Notes: a model not told the origin generated them from the sequence alone. Positions 19,044-27,666 are shown, numbered from the stretch's first letter. The stretch: DNA of 64,000 nt from an uncultured Merdibacter sp. (GCA_965151435.1 CBCTZR010000001.1:5268-69267); one strand, 5' to 3'. A program made the numbers and translations.

Positions 19044-19855
19044 TAGCCATTGTTTTCCTCATACGCTTTTATTTTTTGATGCAAACCATCCTGAAGACGT
19101 TTTATTTCTTCGTCGCTAACATCCTCAATCGAATCATCAGTCGTATCATAATACCAGCTAGGTAAATCTTTTTCTCTCATAGGCTTCTCTCGTTTATGTT
19201 GGATCATGGCCTTTGCTTCTTCAACCGAACGCACACCACCCTGTTTCCACGAGGAAAGTATCACTTCGATATAACGAAAACTTCGAGCATTGTTCTTAAC
19301 AGCTTCTGCTAAGGCAAGCAGAATGATCTGTTTATCATACTCATTCTCCCAATCGACGATCATTTGATATTCAATTGGCGATAAAGGTCTGGCTAGTTCT
19401 GCTTCAAAACTATCAAAAAGGGTTAAAGAGGGCGACGGAGCGGCATCCGTTTCTTCCCCTTTTTGGTTTTCTTCAGATAAACCAAAAACATTATCATTTT
19501 CATTTACATTTTCATTTACATTTACATTAGCTTTTTTTTGATTAAAACCACTGGTTTCTTCATTTTTAAAACCACTGGTTTTTTTATGACTGCTTACCTG
19601 GTTTTCTACAGATGTTTTTCTACCTTTTGGCCTGCCTCCCTTTTTTCCATTCACATACTTTTTTGTATTAGCTGAAACCTGCGGTTTTATCAGTTTGAAT
19701 ATCGTATTTGCTAGTCCGGATAATTGGTACTCTTGATCGTCCAGTGCAAGTGCACAAATGGCATCGTAAATCACCAACCGATTTGCATCATCAAGGTCTT
19801 GCAAAGCCTCATAAAAACTTCGATAAAATATGAAGCTGTCTCTTCCTTCCATCAC
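19043..19855 (-). CDS. Replication initiator (DUF6291-like N-terminus + DnaD domain)
   Basis: RDSFIFYRSF...NGKKGGRP N-terminus; FEAELARPLSP...YIEVILSSWKQGG DnaD domain. Confidence 0.85.
   Translation of the reverse strand: MMEGRDSFIFYRSFYEALQDLDDANRLVIYDAICALALDDQEYQLSGLANTIFKLIKPQVSANTKKYVNGKKGGRPKGRKTSVENQVSSHKKTSGFKNEETSGFNQKKANVNVNENVNENDNVFGLSEENQKGEETDAAPSPSLTLFDSFEAELARPLSPIEYQMIVDWENEYDKQIILLALAEAVKNNARSFRYIEVILSSWKQGGVRSVEEAKAMIQHKREKPMREKDLPSWYYDTTDDSIEDVSDEEIKRLQDGLHQKIKAYEENNG
19542..19688. repeat. Iteron-like repeats (probable phage origin) inside initiator gene
   Basis: TTAAAACCACTGGTTT at 19542 and 19566 (palindromic core), degenerate copies near 19593 and 19674. Confidence 0.6.
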
Positions 19856-20242
19856 TTACACCTCCCTAATGTCAATACCATAAACTTCTTTCATCATTCT
19901 CTTCTTTAATCGATAAACATCCGTTTTAAATCCTTTTACATCCTCAACGATTTGTTGATCATCCTGGCAGTAAACAAAATCAGCTATATATTTGACCTCA
20001 CGGCCATTAGCGTTTTTCGGAATCAATACGAAAGGAACCTGGAGTTGCAATTTCTTAATAATCCCTGCACGCTCCATGATCCTGAGCTGGCGATAGCGGT
20101 TAGCTTCCTTTTTTGAATCAAATCGGATTCCATCAACTTCTATCCTTTCGGCATTATATTTGCTTTTAGCAGTACCAGCAGACTGTAGAGCGGCATCTTC
20201 AGATCTTTGCCGGTACTTTTTGCCATTCGGGTAGTTGATCAT
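19856..20242 (-). CDS. DUF1064-family PD-(D/E)XK nuclease (putative resolvase)
   Basis: KY...VDGIRFDSKKEA...YIADFVY...VEDVKG. Confidence 0.85.
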   Translation of the reverse strand: MINYPNGKKYRQRSEDAALQSAGTAKSKYNAERIEVDGIRFDSKKEANRYRQLRIMERAGIIKKLQLQVPFVLIPKNANGREVKYIADFVYCQDDQQIVEDVKGFKTDVYRLKKRMMKEVYGIDIREV

Positions 20243-20979
20243 CCAACAATGATCACACTTCCGTTTTCAATCTCTTCTTTCAAATTTATAAAAAGATACT
20301 CTCTGATACGGCATTGCGCTTCAAATTCCCAACGATTTCCATCAGCTTCAAACAGAGCTACTTCACCGTCTTTATCAACCCTGAGAAGATACATCGTCTC
20401 CACTGGAGACAATTCCGGATATGTATTTATTGGCTGCAGCCGTACGATAGGAGGCAAAACAACACTCTCATTTTGTTTTACTGCTGTACCCTTTGATGTA
20501 GTTATTTTTTGAGAGATTCCATCATCTTCAACTTCTACCTTGACCTCTGACGTTAACTTGCTTACATATGACAGTAATTTATTCTTATTAAGAGCTTCAT
20601 CTGCCGCAAAGCAAGTTTGCAGTTGTATAATAAATTTTTCAACAGGCATATAGCTGTTAAATAAAATATGTGGCAAATATGGATTGCTTTGCACAATATG
20701 ATCTCGTACTTTGAACCTATCCATGCCACTAAAGACGTCTACCGTATTTCCCGATATACGGATCATCAAAGGCCCAAAAAACATTTCATTCATTATTGAC
20801 TCTTTTACAATATCTACCAGGGCGCCTAATGTATTCACTGACATGCAACTACAATGATCATTTTCCAAACGTCTTATATTCTGTCCTTTGATGTATGTTT
20901 CTCCTTCAATATTTTTCGTGATAATGCCCATCGCGTCTTCTTTAAGACTTGTTATATACTGTAATGCTTCCTTAATCAT
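20239..20979 (-). CDS. Conserved phage hypothetical protein
   Basis: MIKEALQYI start with GGAGG RBS; ALFEADG..W motif; commonly paired with upstream gene in Firmicute phages. Confidence 0.65.
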   Translation of the reverse strand: MIKEALQYITSLKEDAMGIITKNIEGETYIKGQNIRRLENDHCSCMSVNTLGALVDIVKESIMNEMFFGPLMIRISGNTVDVFSGMDRFKVRDHIVQSNPYLPHILFNSYMPVEKFIIQLQTCFAADEALNKNKLLSYVSKLTSEVKVEVEDDGISQKITTSKGTAVKQNESVVLPPIVRLQPINTYPELSPVETMYLLRVDKDGEVALFEADGNRWEFEAQCRIREYLFINLKEEIENGSVIIVG

Positions 20980-21379
20980 TATTTTGATCCTCCTTTTCAT
21001 CAATATTTCCTGCTCCATACATAATTTCCTGAGGTTCGTTAATATCTCCATAAATATTTATTTGTCCTGGCGCTTCTCCTGTAAATTCTCTCAACACAGG
21101 AATAACCTCTCCAGTACCAGGTATTTTGGATGATGTGTTCAACAGGGTAATTTTCCGCGGTTTAATTGGTAATGGTGTGGCTTTTACCTTATATTGCACA
21201 TCTGCAAAATCATCATCTTCATGAGCCTTGATCTGAATCTCAATAACTAATTTTGCAGCCTTTCTCTTGTCGGTATTTAAATCATTGATGCTGGCCATAA
21301 TTTTAGAAAAATCTAAATTTGCCTGCTCGATCAGTCCTCCATTATCAATGTCGGTAATATTCTTATAAATTTGCTTCAT
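20972..21379 (-). CDS. Conserved phage protein (often labelled replication terminator-like)
   Basis: GGLIEQAN..F..I..SI.D.NTD...KLVIEI pattern. Confidence 0.55.
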   Translation of the reverse strand: MKQIYKNITDIDNGGLIEQANLDFSKIMASINDLNTDKRKAAKLVIEIQIKAHEDDDFADVQYKVKATPLPIKPRKITLLNTSSKIPGTGEVIPVLREFTGEAPGQINIYGDINEPQEIMYGAGNIDEKEDQNND

Positions 21380-22130
21380 ATATTCCTCCGAGGGTCAAAT
21401 TCAACCCCTTTTCCGCAAGATGCACATTGGCCATCGTACATGATGCCACTTCCTTTCTGAATCGATCCGCATCGCTAGTTGTATCTGACAAATGAAGAAG
21501 AACAACATCTGTCAGACGTAGATTGTCACAGCTCCTAATAAACTCTTTCACATTATCGAGTTCAAAATGTGAGCTTCTGATACGTTTAGCTAATGATCCA
21601 TTGATATAGTTTGATTCAATATTTTTGGAAAGCAGATCTTCTGCATAATTGCATTCGACCATAATATACTTAAGGTTTTTAAATCGATATCGTACATAAT
21701 ATGTATCAGTGGCAAAAAGCAGTGTATCAGCGCTACTATGATCAACGATATAATATCCAACCGGATCAGCAGCATCATGCTGCGTAGGGAAAGCGGTGAA
21801 GCTGACTCCATACAGCTCCACCTGCTTCATTTTTTCAAATGATCGTATCAAATATGGCTTCGGAAGTGCCCCGATTTCATGAAGTGCCGCAATCGTTCCA
21901 GCGCTTGCATAAACAGATACTCCTCCATTTGCATAATCGAGCATATACCTTGCATGGTCCATATGCTCATGTGTGATCAGACAGCATATTACCTGATCTA
22001 CACGATACTCGATCGCCTTCAACACTTCCTGCCACCTCACACCGGCTTCCAGTATGACAATGCCTTTATCGGTGTACAGCAGATAGCAATTTCCTTTCGA
22101 TCCACTTGCCAGGACCTTAAGCTGTATCAC
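21363..22130 (-). CDS. Metallo-beta-lactamase-fold hydrolase/nuclease
   Basis: ASGSKGN, THEHMDH, HD, TDT, ECNY, HLS motifs. Confidence 0.9.
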   Translation of the reverse strand: MIQLKVLASGSKGNCYLLYTDKGIVILEAGVRWQEVLKAIEYRVDQVICCLITHEHMDHARYMLDYANGGVSVYASAGTIAALHEIGALPKPYLIRSFEKMKQVELYGVSFTAFPTQHDAADPVGYYIVDHSSADTLLFATDTYYVRYRFKNLKYIMVECNYAEDLLSKNIESNYINGSLAKRIRSSHFELDNVKEFIRSCDNLRLTDVVLLHLSDTTSDADRFRKEVASCTMANVHLAEKGLNLTLGGIYEANL

Positions 22131-23041
22131 AGATCCCACTTCCCGGCAGACTTCTTATTAGATGTTTCACTCGCTTTATTTTGAATTGCATCTTCTAGGA
22201 CAGGATCCTTCTGCTGCGGTTTATCTTCTATTGGTTCTTCCGGGAATGCCTCTTGATTAGCATTTTCACGTACCTCCGCTTCGATATCCATTGCGTTAGT
22301 TCGATCGATACGCTCATCTTCTTCATATTCATTCGCTGTCGTATCGTTGATAGCCTGGACCAAGATATCCGAGTCATCCGATGTATTGATAAATGACTTA
22401 GCAGCACGGTTGATCACCGTACGTTTGGCCATTTCCTGTGGGAACTTCTTATGAACCGTTTGTGAAGTCTTTGATTGTCCCCAAGAAGTTTCAATTTCTT
22501 TTCTGGTCATAATTGTCATTGGCTGATCACCATCTTCTTTTTCTACAATCGCGTAAGCACCAATGATCGGCTTATCATGATTTTCTAATTTGGATTTATG
22601 CTTCAGCAAGTAATCCTTACCATTACGGTTCTCATAATCAAGCTCATCGCCTTCAAAAATAACATTTGCCCAGATGTCTTTGACGTTCGATAATCGCTTA
22701 ATAACTGCTTGGGTCCCAAAATATGAACGTGTCATTTGAAGCTCGGTTCCATACACCACAAAATAACATTGTGTTTTTGCAGGAGTAAGACCTTGAATTG
22801 TCATATTGAGAAGCGCATTGGCAATACTTGTCTTACTGCAAACCTGCAGCGCAGGCTGATGGTTCTTATCTTCGACGCTTTGAAGTGTAAAAAAGGCTGA
22901 CTTCAAAGCATTTTCTGCAGAGTAATTGGGAGGAAGAACAAGTCCTCCCTTTTTTAATTCTGCAAGTTTACCAATCACTTCATCGGTGATGTCTTTTTGA
23001 ATGATAGCCAATTCATTTGAATTCTTTTGCAATGTTGTCAT
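22127..23041 (-). CDS. recT: RecT-family single-strand annealing recombinase
   Basis: QGLTPAKTQCYFVVYG...RSYFG...EMAKRTVINRAAK. Confidence 0.88.
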   Translation of the reverse strand: MTTLQKNSNELAIIQKDITDEVIGKLAELKKGGLVLPPNYSAENALKSAFFTLQSVEDKNHQPALQVCSKTSIANALLNMTIQGLTPAKTQCYFVVYGTELQMTRSYFGTQAVIKRLSNVKDIWANVIFEGDELDYENRNGKDYLLKHKSKLENHDKPIIGAYAIVEKEDGDQPMTIMTRKEIETSWGQSKTSQTVHKKFPQEMAKRTVINRAAKSFINTSDDSDILVQAINDTTANEYEEDERIDRTNAMDIEAEVRENANQEAFPEEPIEDKPQQKDPVLEDAIQNKASETSNKKSAGKWDL

Positions 23042-23043
23042 TA

Positions 23044-24987
23044 TTACATACCTCCATTTGTTACTGATAAATTGATGATCTGTGTGTCTGGAGCCGTGAT
23101 TAAGGTTACTGACTCCCTATTGTCGATAAAAATCGGTGCCTTTACCTGATAGAACTGAATCAATGCGTTAATGATATCCAAGCCGGCATTGATGGTTGCT
23201 GCCGTATTTAATGCAGTATAATCAACGCCGTTTACTGTGATCTCACATGTTGGTACCGGATTGCCTTCCTGCGTATAATTGAACATCTTGAATTCAACTA
23301 ATTTGAATTTGGATGATACTTTCTTGTTCAAAAGCTCTGTGCGTGTCTTTACCCATGTATCACACAAATAAATAATTTTTTCTTGATCAGCAATGCGCTG
23401 ATTAACTTCCAGCGACTCTTTTTCCAATGCAGCACAACGCGCATTGATCTGCTCAATATCAGCTTTGATCAGCGGTATTGCATCATATCGACGAAGCTGT
23501 TCAATTGCTTCATCACGCTCTTTTCTGAACTGCTCTTTTCTCGCTCTAATACGATTATTCTCGCTTTCAATTTTTTCACTGACAGATACTTCTTCTGGAA
23601 CAGCATCAATCATTGACTGCAGCTCTTGATCAGCAGAAAAATCAACTTTGTAATAACCGCGGTCAACAGTCACTACATCTTCAAGCTCAGATATCTCTTG
23701 CTTCATATCGTTCATGGAATTGATCAGATCGGCAATTTTATCTTTGATCCGCACTCCTTTTTGATATGTTTGGTTTCCTTCCTCAGTCAGATCATCAATT
23801 CTCTTGCGCTGTAGCTCTCTCCATTTTTCAATCAATTTTTCTTTTTCAGAATCCTGATCAGGAAGTTCCTGACCGCATTTATCGCAGCACACTGCGCCGA
23901 AGATAGGTGGTTCTTCTTGCCTGATCAGTTCGATACCTCTTTGTGTTTCGGTCAAATCCTTCCGACATTTCTGCAGATTTGTTTGTTCTTCTTCAAGCAA
24001 CTTTCCCTTTTCCTCTAGCTGCACTTTTAAGCTCTGCAGTTTTCTTTGATTATCTGCATTCTTCAAATTATATTCACGTACTGCTGCATCTGCCTCAGCT
24101 TGTTTATTGGATTTATAAAGATCAATTTCTGCAAGCTGTCGTATACGTTCCTGGTTAGATTGCATAATTGAATCAATGCGACTTGTTACATCTCCCTGCA
24201 TCTCATCAAGTCTCGATAGTTCTTTCTTAGCAGCTTCAAATTGATGTTGATAGATCTCCTGCTTTTGATCAAACAAGGCAGCTAAATCCGCTTCTTTTCT
24301 TGTTCTGGTCTGAATCAGTTCATCAATACGAGCAGGATAGTTATCACGTTCATGAACACAACGAAGCTTTGTGCTCATAGCAACTTGTTTTGTTTCGCTA
24401 AGATTCTTTCCAGGATCAAACTTGGAAAGTTCTTTATTTGCACTACGGATCTCTTCTGCAGTTACTTCACCAGCCATAGATAAAACGATTTCCCTGCGTT
24501 TATCCGGCTTGAGAGAAGCAAAATAGTGTGGATCAGTAATCAATTTGAATAAATCTTCGTCAACAAGATCACTGATGCGCTTCTTATACTCCGCAGCGGA
24601 GATTTTCTCATTGCCGTTCCAGCTAAACACCGTCTTCTGCCCGTCATAGACAGCTTCTGCCTGGCCTTTCGGCTTACGCCATTTCTCTTGAAATGTGCGC
24701 TTCAGTGTTAATTCCTCACCATCTACCAACAAGGTTGCCTCCACGCTGTTGTCAGTATGCCAAATTGGATTCCCACTTTTATCGAGCATTTTGATCTTTG
24801 CTTTTTCCTCGCTCTGACCTTTTGAATCCTTTCCAAAAAGCAACCAAAGGAAAGCGTCAAACACTGATGTCTTGCCGGTCCCATTTGCGCCAAAGATATA
24901 GTTTTCTCCCGGCGCAAATTCTTCTATACGATGAGCCTGGCCCTTGAAATTGGTCAGCTCAATTCGCTTTAAAACAATTTCTTTCAT
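23044..24987 (-). CDS. SbcC/SMC-like AAA ATPase
   Basis: NFKG, Walker A GANGTGKT, long coiled coil with CDKCG hook, PIFIDNRE. Confidence 0.88.
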   Translation of the reverse strand: MKEIVLKRIELTNFKGQAHRIEEFAPGENYIFGANGTGKTSVFDAFLWLLFGKDSKGQSEEKAKIKMLDKSGNPIWHTDNSVEATLLVDGEELTLKRTFQEKWRKPKGQAEAVYDGQKTVFSWNGNEKISAAEYKKRISDLVDEDLFKLITDPHYFASLKPDKRREIVLSMAGEVTAEEIRSANKELSKFDPGKNLSETKQVAMSTKLRCVHERDNYPARIDELIQTRTRKEADLAALFDQKQEIYQHQFEAAKKELSRLDEMQGDVTSRIDSIMQSNQERIRQLAEIDLYKSNKQAEADAAVREYNLKNADNQRKLQSLKVQLEEKGKLLEEEQTNLQKCRKDLTETQRGIELIRQEEPPIFGAVCCDKCGQELPDQDSEKEKLIEKWRELQRKRIDDLTEEGNQTYQKGVRIKDKIADLINSMNDMKQEISELEDVVTVDRGYYKVDFSADQELQSMIDAVPEEVSVSEKIESENNRIRARKEQFRKERDEAIEQLRRYDAIPLIKADIEQINARCAALEKESLEVNQRIADQEKIIYLCDTWVKTRTELLNKKVSSKFKLVEFKMFNYTQEGNPVPTCEITVNGVDYTALNTAATINAGLDIINALIQFYQVKAPIFIDNRESVTLITAPDTQIINLSVTNGGM

Positions 24988-25387
24988 TCTCTTCCTCCTG
25001 TTTAAAATCAACTCTACTGATTACTGGATCCACTGGATCATCATTAAGCTCTTTAAGATATGCTATGATCTGCCGGCGAAGAGTCTCTGCCCGCCGCCGC
25101 CATCCTCTGGCAAAGGCATCAAGCATCTGCTCTTGCAGGATCCTTAACTCTTTCATAGTCCTCCCTTTCTGAACCATTTCCCTCAACTTGGCAAAGATAT
25201 GATATTCGGTAATCAGATATTCTGAAAACTTAAGAGGATTATTTTTTGTATTAACTAAAATTCTGGCAACTGCTTTAGCCAATGCCATCATGACCATATC
25301 ACTATCGGCATAAACATTTACAGTTGTTTTAAAACCAACTTCTTTTCTCTCGATTGTAATTTCAATCCGTTGTTCTTTCTTATCCAT
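24959..25387 (-). CDS. Hypothetical protein (possibly two in-frame genes)
   Basis: AAGGAG RBS before MDKKEQ; second strong RBS+ATG in frame at 25156. Confidence 0.55.
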   Translation of the reverse strand: MDKKEQRIEITIERKEVGFKTTVNVYADSDMVMMALAKAVARILVNTKNNPLKFSEYLITEYHIFAKLREMVQKGRTMKELRILQEQMLDAFARGWRRRAETLRRQIIAYLKELNDDPVDPVISRVDFKQEEENERNCFKAN

Positions 25388-25388
25388 C

Positions 25389-25922
25389 CTATTCTCCTTT
25401 TCTAACATAGACCTCATGCTGCTGCACGCCGTAGCTAACTGATTCAGCTTCAGTGCCAACGAAGAGGTCAATCTTATTCCCTTTGATTGCTCCACCAGTA
25501 TCTTCTGCGATATAGATTTGATCACCGATCATGACTTCACTTCCTAGCGGTATAACGTCTGGATCAACTGCTATCGTTCTGTTACACTGTGGTGTAGTGC
25601 CTGTTGCAGTAGTTCCGTTGCATCCAACGCAGTCAGATCCGTATGCTGTGATTATGAAGACACCAAGTGAAGTTCATTTAGCTTGGTCTAGTTCATATTC
25701 CAAACCATCGATGATGATCTGCTGCGCTTCATTCTCACTTTTTAAAGAAGTATTAGCATCTTCCATAACGTCCAATGCTCTTTCAAGATCGCTGATCCGC
25801 TGATCCTTGCTTTCGATATCAGAGGAATACGATCCAGCAGTAATAGCCGCACATGTTAACCCCGTAAGAGCCATCATGCCGGCAGTAGTTACCATGCCTC
25901 GTAAAATTGACTTGTTACTCAT
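25389..25922 (-). pseudogene. Membrane-anchored 3D-domain (MltA-type lytic transglycosylase-like) gene interrupted by one in-frame TGA
   Basis: ...QAK-TGA-TSLGVFIITAY...TIAVDPDVIPLGSEV...IAEDTGGAIKGNKIDLFV in one frame. Confidence 0.85.
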
Positions 25923-26097
25923 ATCGATCTGCCTCCTGGTAAGCAGCATCTAGAAACCTTTCTGCCTCTTCTTCAGAAATACATTCTGATAAATATTCGA
26001 ATTCATTAACGATAGATAATGCAGTATCCTGGTCAATCTCTGATCTAGTTAATGCTAGATACATATAACCTTTTGCTGCTTTTTTGTTCATAAACAT
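25915..26097 (-). CDS. Small hypothetical protein
   Basis: 60 aa, GAAGG RBS, coupled to next gene. Confidence 0.6.
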   Translation of the reverse strand: MFMNKKAAKGYMYLALTRSEIDQDTALSIVNEFEYLSECISEEEAERFLDAAYQEADRYE

Positions 26098-26161
26098 TTA
26101 CCTTCTTTCTCTGCTCATAATTCTTATACAAGTAGAATTTTTTAATACCTAATGAATTAAC

Positions 26162-26256
26162 GATCCACTACGCCGTGTGGTGATGCCTACTGTCAATGGT
26201 TTGCTATATTATCAAGGAATGGAATTTTGCAGACATCACCACATAGCGCAGGGATC
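26162..26256 (-). other. Long imperfect inverted repeat / RNA stem-loop
   Basis: 28-position stem (26162-26190 with 26229-26256); four A-C mismatches on + are G-U pairs on -. Confidence 0.7.
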
Positions 26257-26261
26257 AAATT

Positions 26262-26340
26262 TGTGGTATACTATTGATGGCTATTATGAGCCACCCTTTG
26301 GACACTCGGTCAGCTGGTAACTTTACGAGTGTCTTTTTTT
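26262..26340 (+). ncRNA. Candidate ~60-nt antisense sRNA with own promoter and terminator
   Basis: TGTGGTATACT extended -10 (26262-26272); hairpin TGGCT/AGCCA; GACACTCG/CGAGTGTC stem + T7. Confidence 0.55.
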
Positions 26341-26522
26341 AAACCAAATGATTCATCAACCCAACTTTTAGGGATTACATTCGGTCTTGGTAATAAAACG
26401 TTTGGGTATCTTTCTTTTATGAGCCTGAGCATTTCTCTCGCTTTTTGAATGCCCATCTTATTAGTTGGATTTTTCTCATTAAACATTTCCCTCAACTGCT
26501 TTGCATTGATGTATTCTTCCAT
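26310..26522 (-). CDS. Small basic winged-helix-like protein (candidate excisionase)
   Basis: 70 aa, YINAKQLREM..., GGAGGTG RBS, in early operon. Confidence 0.5.
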   Translation of the reverse strand: MEEYINAKQLREMFNEKNPTNKMGIQKAREMLRLIKERYPNVLLPRPNVIPKSWVDESFGLKKDTRKVTS

Positions 26523-26588
26523 ATTTCCACCTCCTTTAAACTCCTCACTTCGTGTTAAAATGTTTATATTAGAAAGTGAGGTGATTGA

Positions 26589-26798
26589 ATGGCCAAATCC
26601 AATGTCAAGGTTGTTTCTGAAACTTCTACTGGATTAAATAATCCAGTAAGTATCAACGGACGCACATACACAAATAACCAAGCTTACCAAAAGGCGATTA
26701 AAGGTGAAGTACCAGGTTATCATGGTGTAAAGCGTTCTGATGGAACTAAATTCATTAGAAGTAATCCAGATAGTAGCAAAAAGAATAATCTTGGCTAA
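26589..26798 (+). CDS. DUF3892-like small protein, antisense to lytic operon
   Basis: C-terminal FIRSNPDSSKKNNL motif; TGTTAAAAT -10 and GAGGTG RBS. Confidence 0.7.
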   Translation: MAKSNVKVVSETSTGLNNPVSINGRTYTNNQAYQKAIKGEVPGYHGVKRSDGTKFIRSNPDSSKKNNLG

Positions 26799-26800
26799 AT

Positions 26801-26950
26801 CTACTGCTCGTCTTCGGACGAGCTTTTTAATTGGATATCAACCACATAATCATCATCTGTGATTTCTTTGATTTCATTCTCATCCTCAAAAATTCGGGTA
26901 ATCAATTCTCTTGTACCTTTTCGATAAACTGTAATTTCAGCTATTTCCAT
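26801..26950 (-). CDS. Small acidic protein (49 aa; not in ORF track)
   Basis: MEIAEITVYRKG...SSEDEQ; GGAGGTGG RBS. Confidence 0.55.
   Translation of the reverse strand: MEIAEITVYRKGTRELITRIFEDENEIKEITDDDYVVDIQLKSSSEDEQ
26806..26828 (+). terminator. Intrinsic terminator of DUF3892-like gene
   Basis: GCTCGTC-TTCG-GACGAGC-TTTTT. Confidence 0.8.
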
Positions 26951-26961
26951 TGACTAACCAC

Positions 26962-27039
26962 CACCTCCTACTCTGTTCTAAAAGCGCATTCTCTTTAATA
27001 CTCTCTTTCATGCTATAATTTGCATTGAAAGGAGGGATA
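26962..27039. repeat. Junction repeat copy 1 (leftward RBS + rightward promoter/RBS)
   Basis: 18 bp identical plus 45/50 match to 27597-27664. Confidence 0.85.
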
Positions 27040-27043
27040 CACT

Positions 27044-27217
27044 ATGCAGACAAAACTTAATGAATGCGATGCTTATGCTATTGCTAAAGAGTTAACTAAA
27101 ATTGCATTGGAACAGCATCTGATCCAAAATGATTGCGATCCAACGAAAGCAGCTAAAAATGTCGTTGCATTCTTTAATGAAATTTTTTATTCTTTGCAGA
27201 ATCCAACTAAAGACTAA
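27044..27217 (+). CDS. Small protein (57 aa; not in ORF track), antisense to lytic operon
   Basis: MQTKLNECDAYAIAKELTKIALE...; TGCTATAAT promoter and GAAAGGAGG RBS. Confidence 0.7.
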   Translation: MQTKLNECDAYAIAKELTKIALEQHLIQNDCDPTKAAKNVVAFFNEIFYSLQNPTKD

Positions 27218-27369
27218 TTATTAGCAATCAATTCAGCAAAAGCATGAATAACATCTGCTAGAATGCTTTCAGTTGACGGACTGGAAGCATTTTTTGTTTC
27301 TTTAACTATCCAATCAGAAACTGATACGATTACGTTTTCTCTTGCTTCATGCTCTTTTTCTGTCCGCAT
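27214..27369 (-). CDS. Small hypothetical protein (51 aa)
   Basis: GGAGGTGA RBS before MRTEKEH; stop overlaps the convergent + gene. Confidence 0.6.
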   Translation of the reverse strand: MRTEKEHEARENVIVSVSDWIVKETKNASSPSTESILADVIHAFAELIANN

Positions 27370-27431
27370 ATACTCACCTCCTATCCTTCGCTTGTATAGC
27401 TCACGCAATACAAAACATCCACAAACAAAAC

Positions 27432-27590
27432 TTATAAAGTTTCTTCGGGAGCTTTTATTTTTACATCCGCATAAATCTTATTTTGTAGATGTTCTAAAAC
27501 CCATACGCCTTCCGAAATTGTCAAATCTTTTGAAGCCAATAAAGAGAAAACTTCTTTAACTACTTCATCTAATTCCACAGCTGTTTTCAC
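27432..27590 (-). CDS. Small hypothetical protein (52 aa, GTG start; not in ORF track)
   Basis: MKTAVELDEVVKEVFSLL...; AGGAGGTG RBS from junction repeat. Confidence 0.55.
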   Translation of the reverse strand: MKTAVELDEVVKEVFSLLASKDLTISEGVWVLEHLQNKIYADVKIKAPEETL

Positions 27591-27596
27591 TTTCCA

Positions 27597-27664
27597 CACC
27601 TCCTACTCTGTTCTTCTCTTCAATACCCTCTTTTATGCTATAATCTGCATTGAAAGGAGAGATA
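27597..27664. repeat. Junction repeat copy 2
   Basis: Matches 26962-27039 apart from a 10-nt indel and 5 substitutions. Confidence 0.85.
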
Positions 27665-27666
27665 AT

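Noticed and set aside
19490..19530. CATTTA/CATTTT microsatellite
   Set aside because: Encodes the N-V/E-N low-complexity linker common in phage initiators; in frame, no sign of phase variation
26186..26200. TTGACA on - strand within the long hairpin
   Set aside because: No -10 element at 16-18 bp spacing
25936..26320. sRNA loop CTGGTAA is complementary to the mRNA beside the RBS of the 3D-domain gene
   Set aside because: Only 7 nt; expected by chance in a 32-kb phage, so not reported without further pairing evidence
27263..27559. 98-aa + strand ORF in the cassette array
   Set aside because: No RBS or promoter; overlaps two - strand ORFs that have strong RBSs
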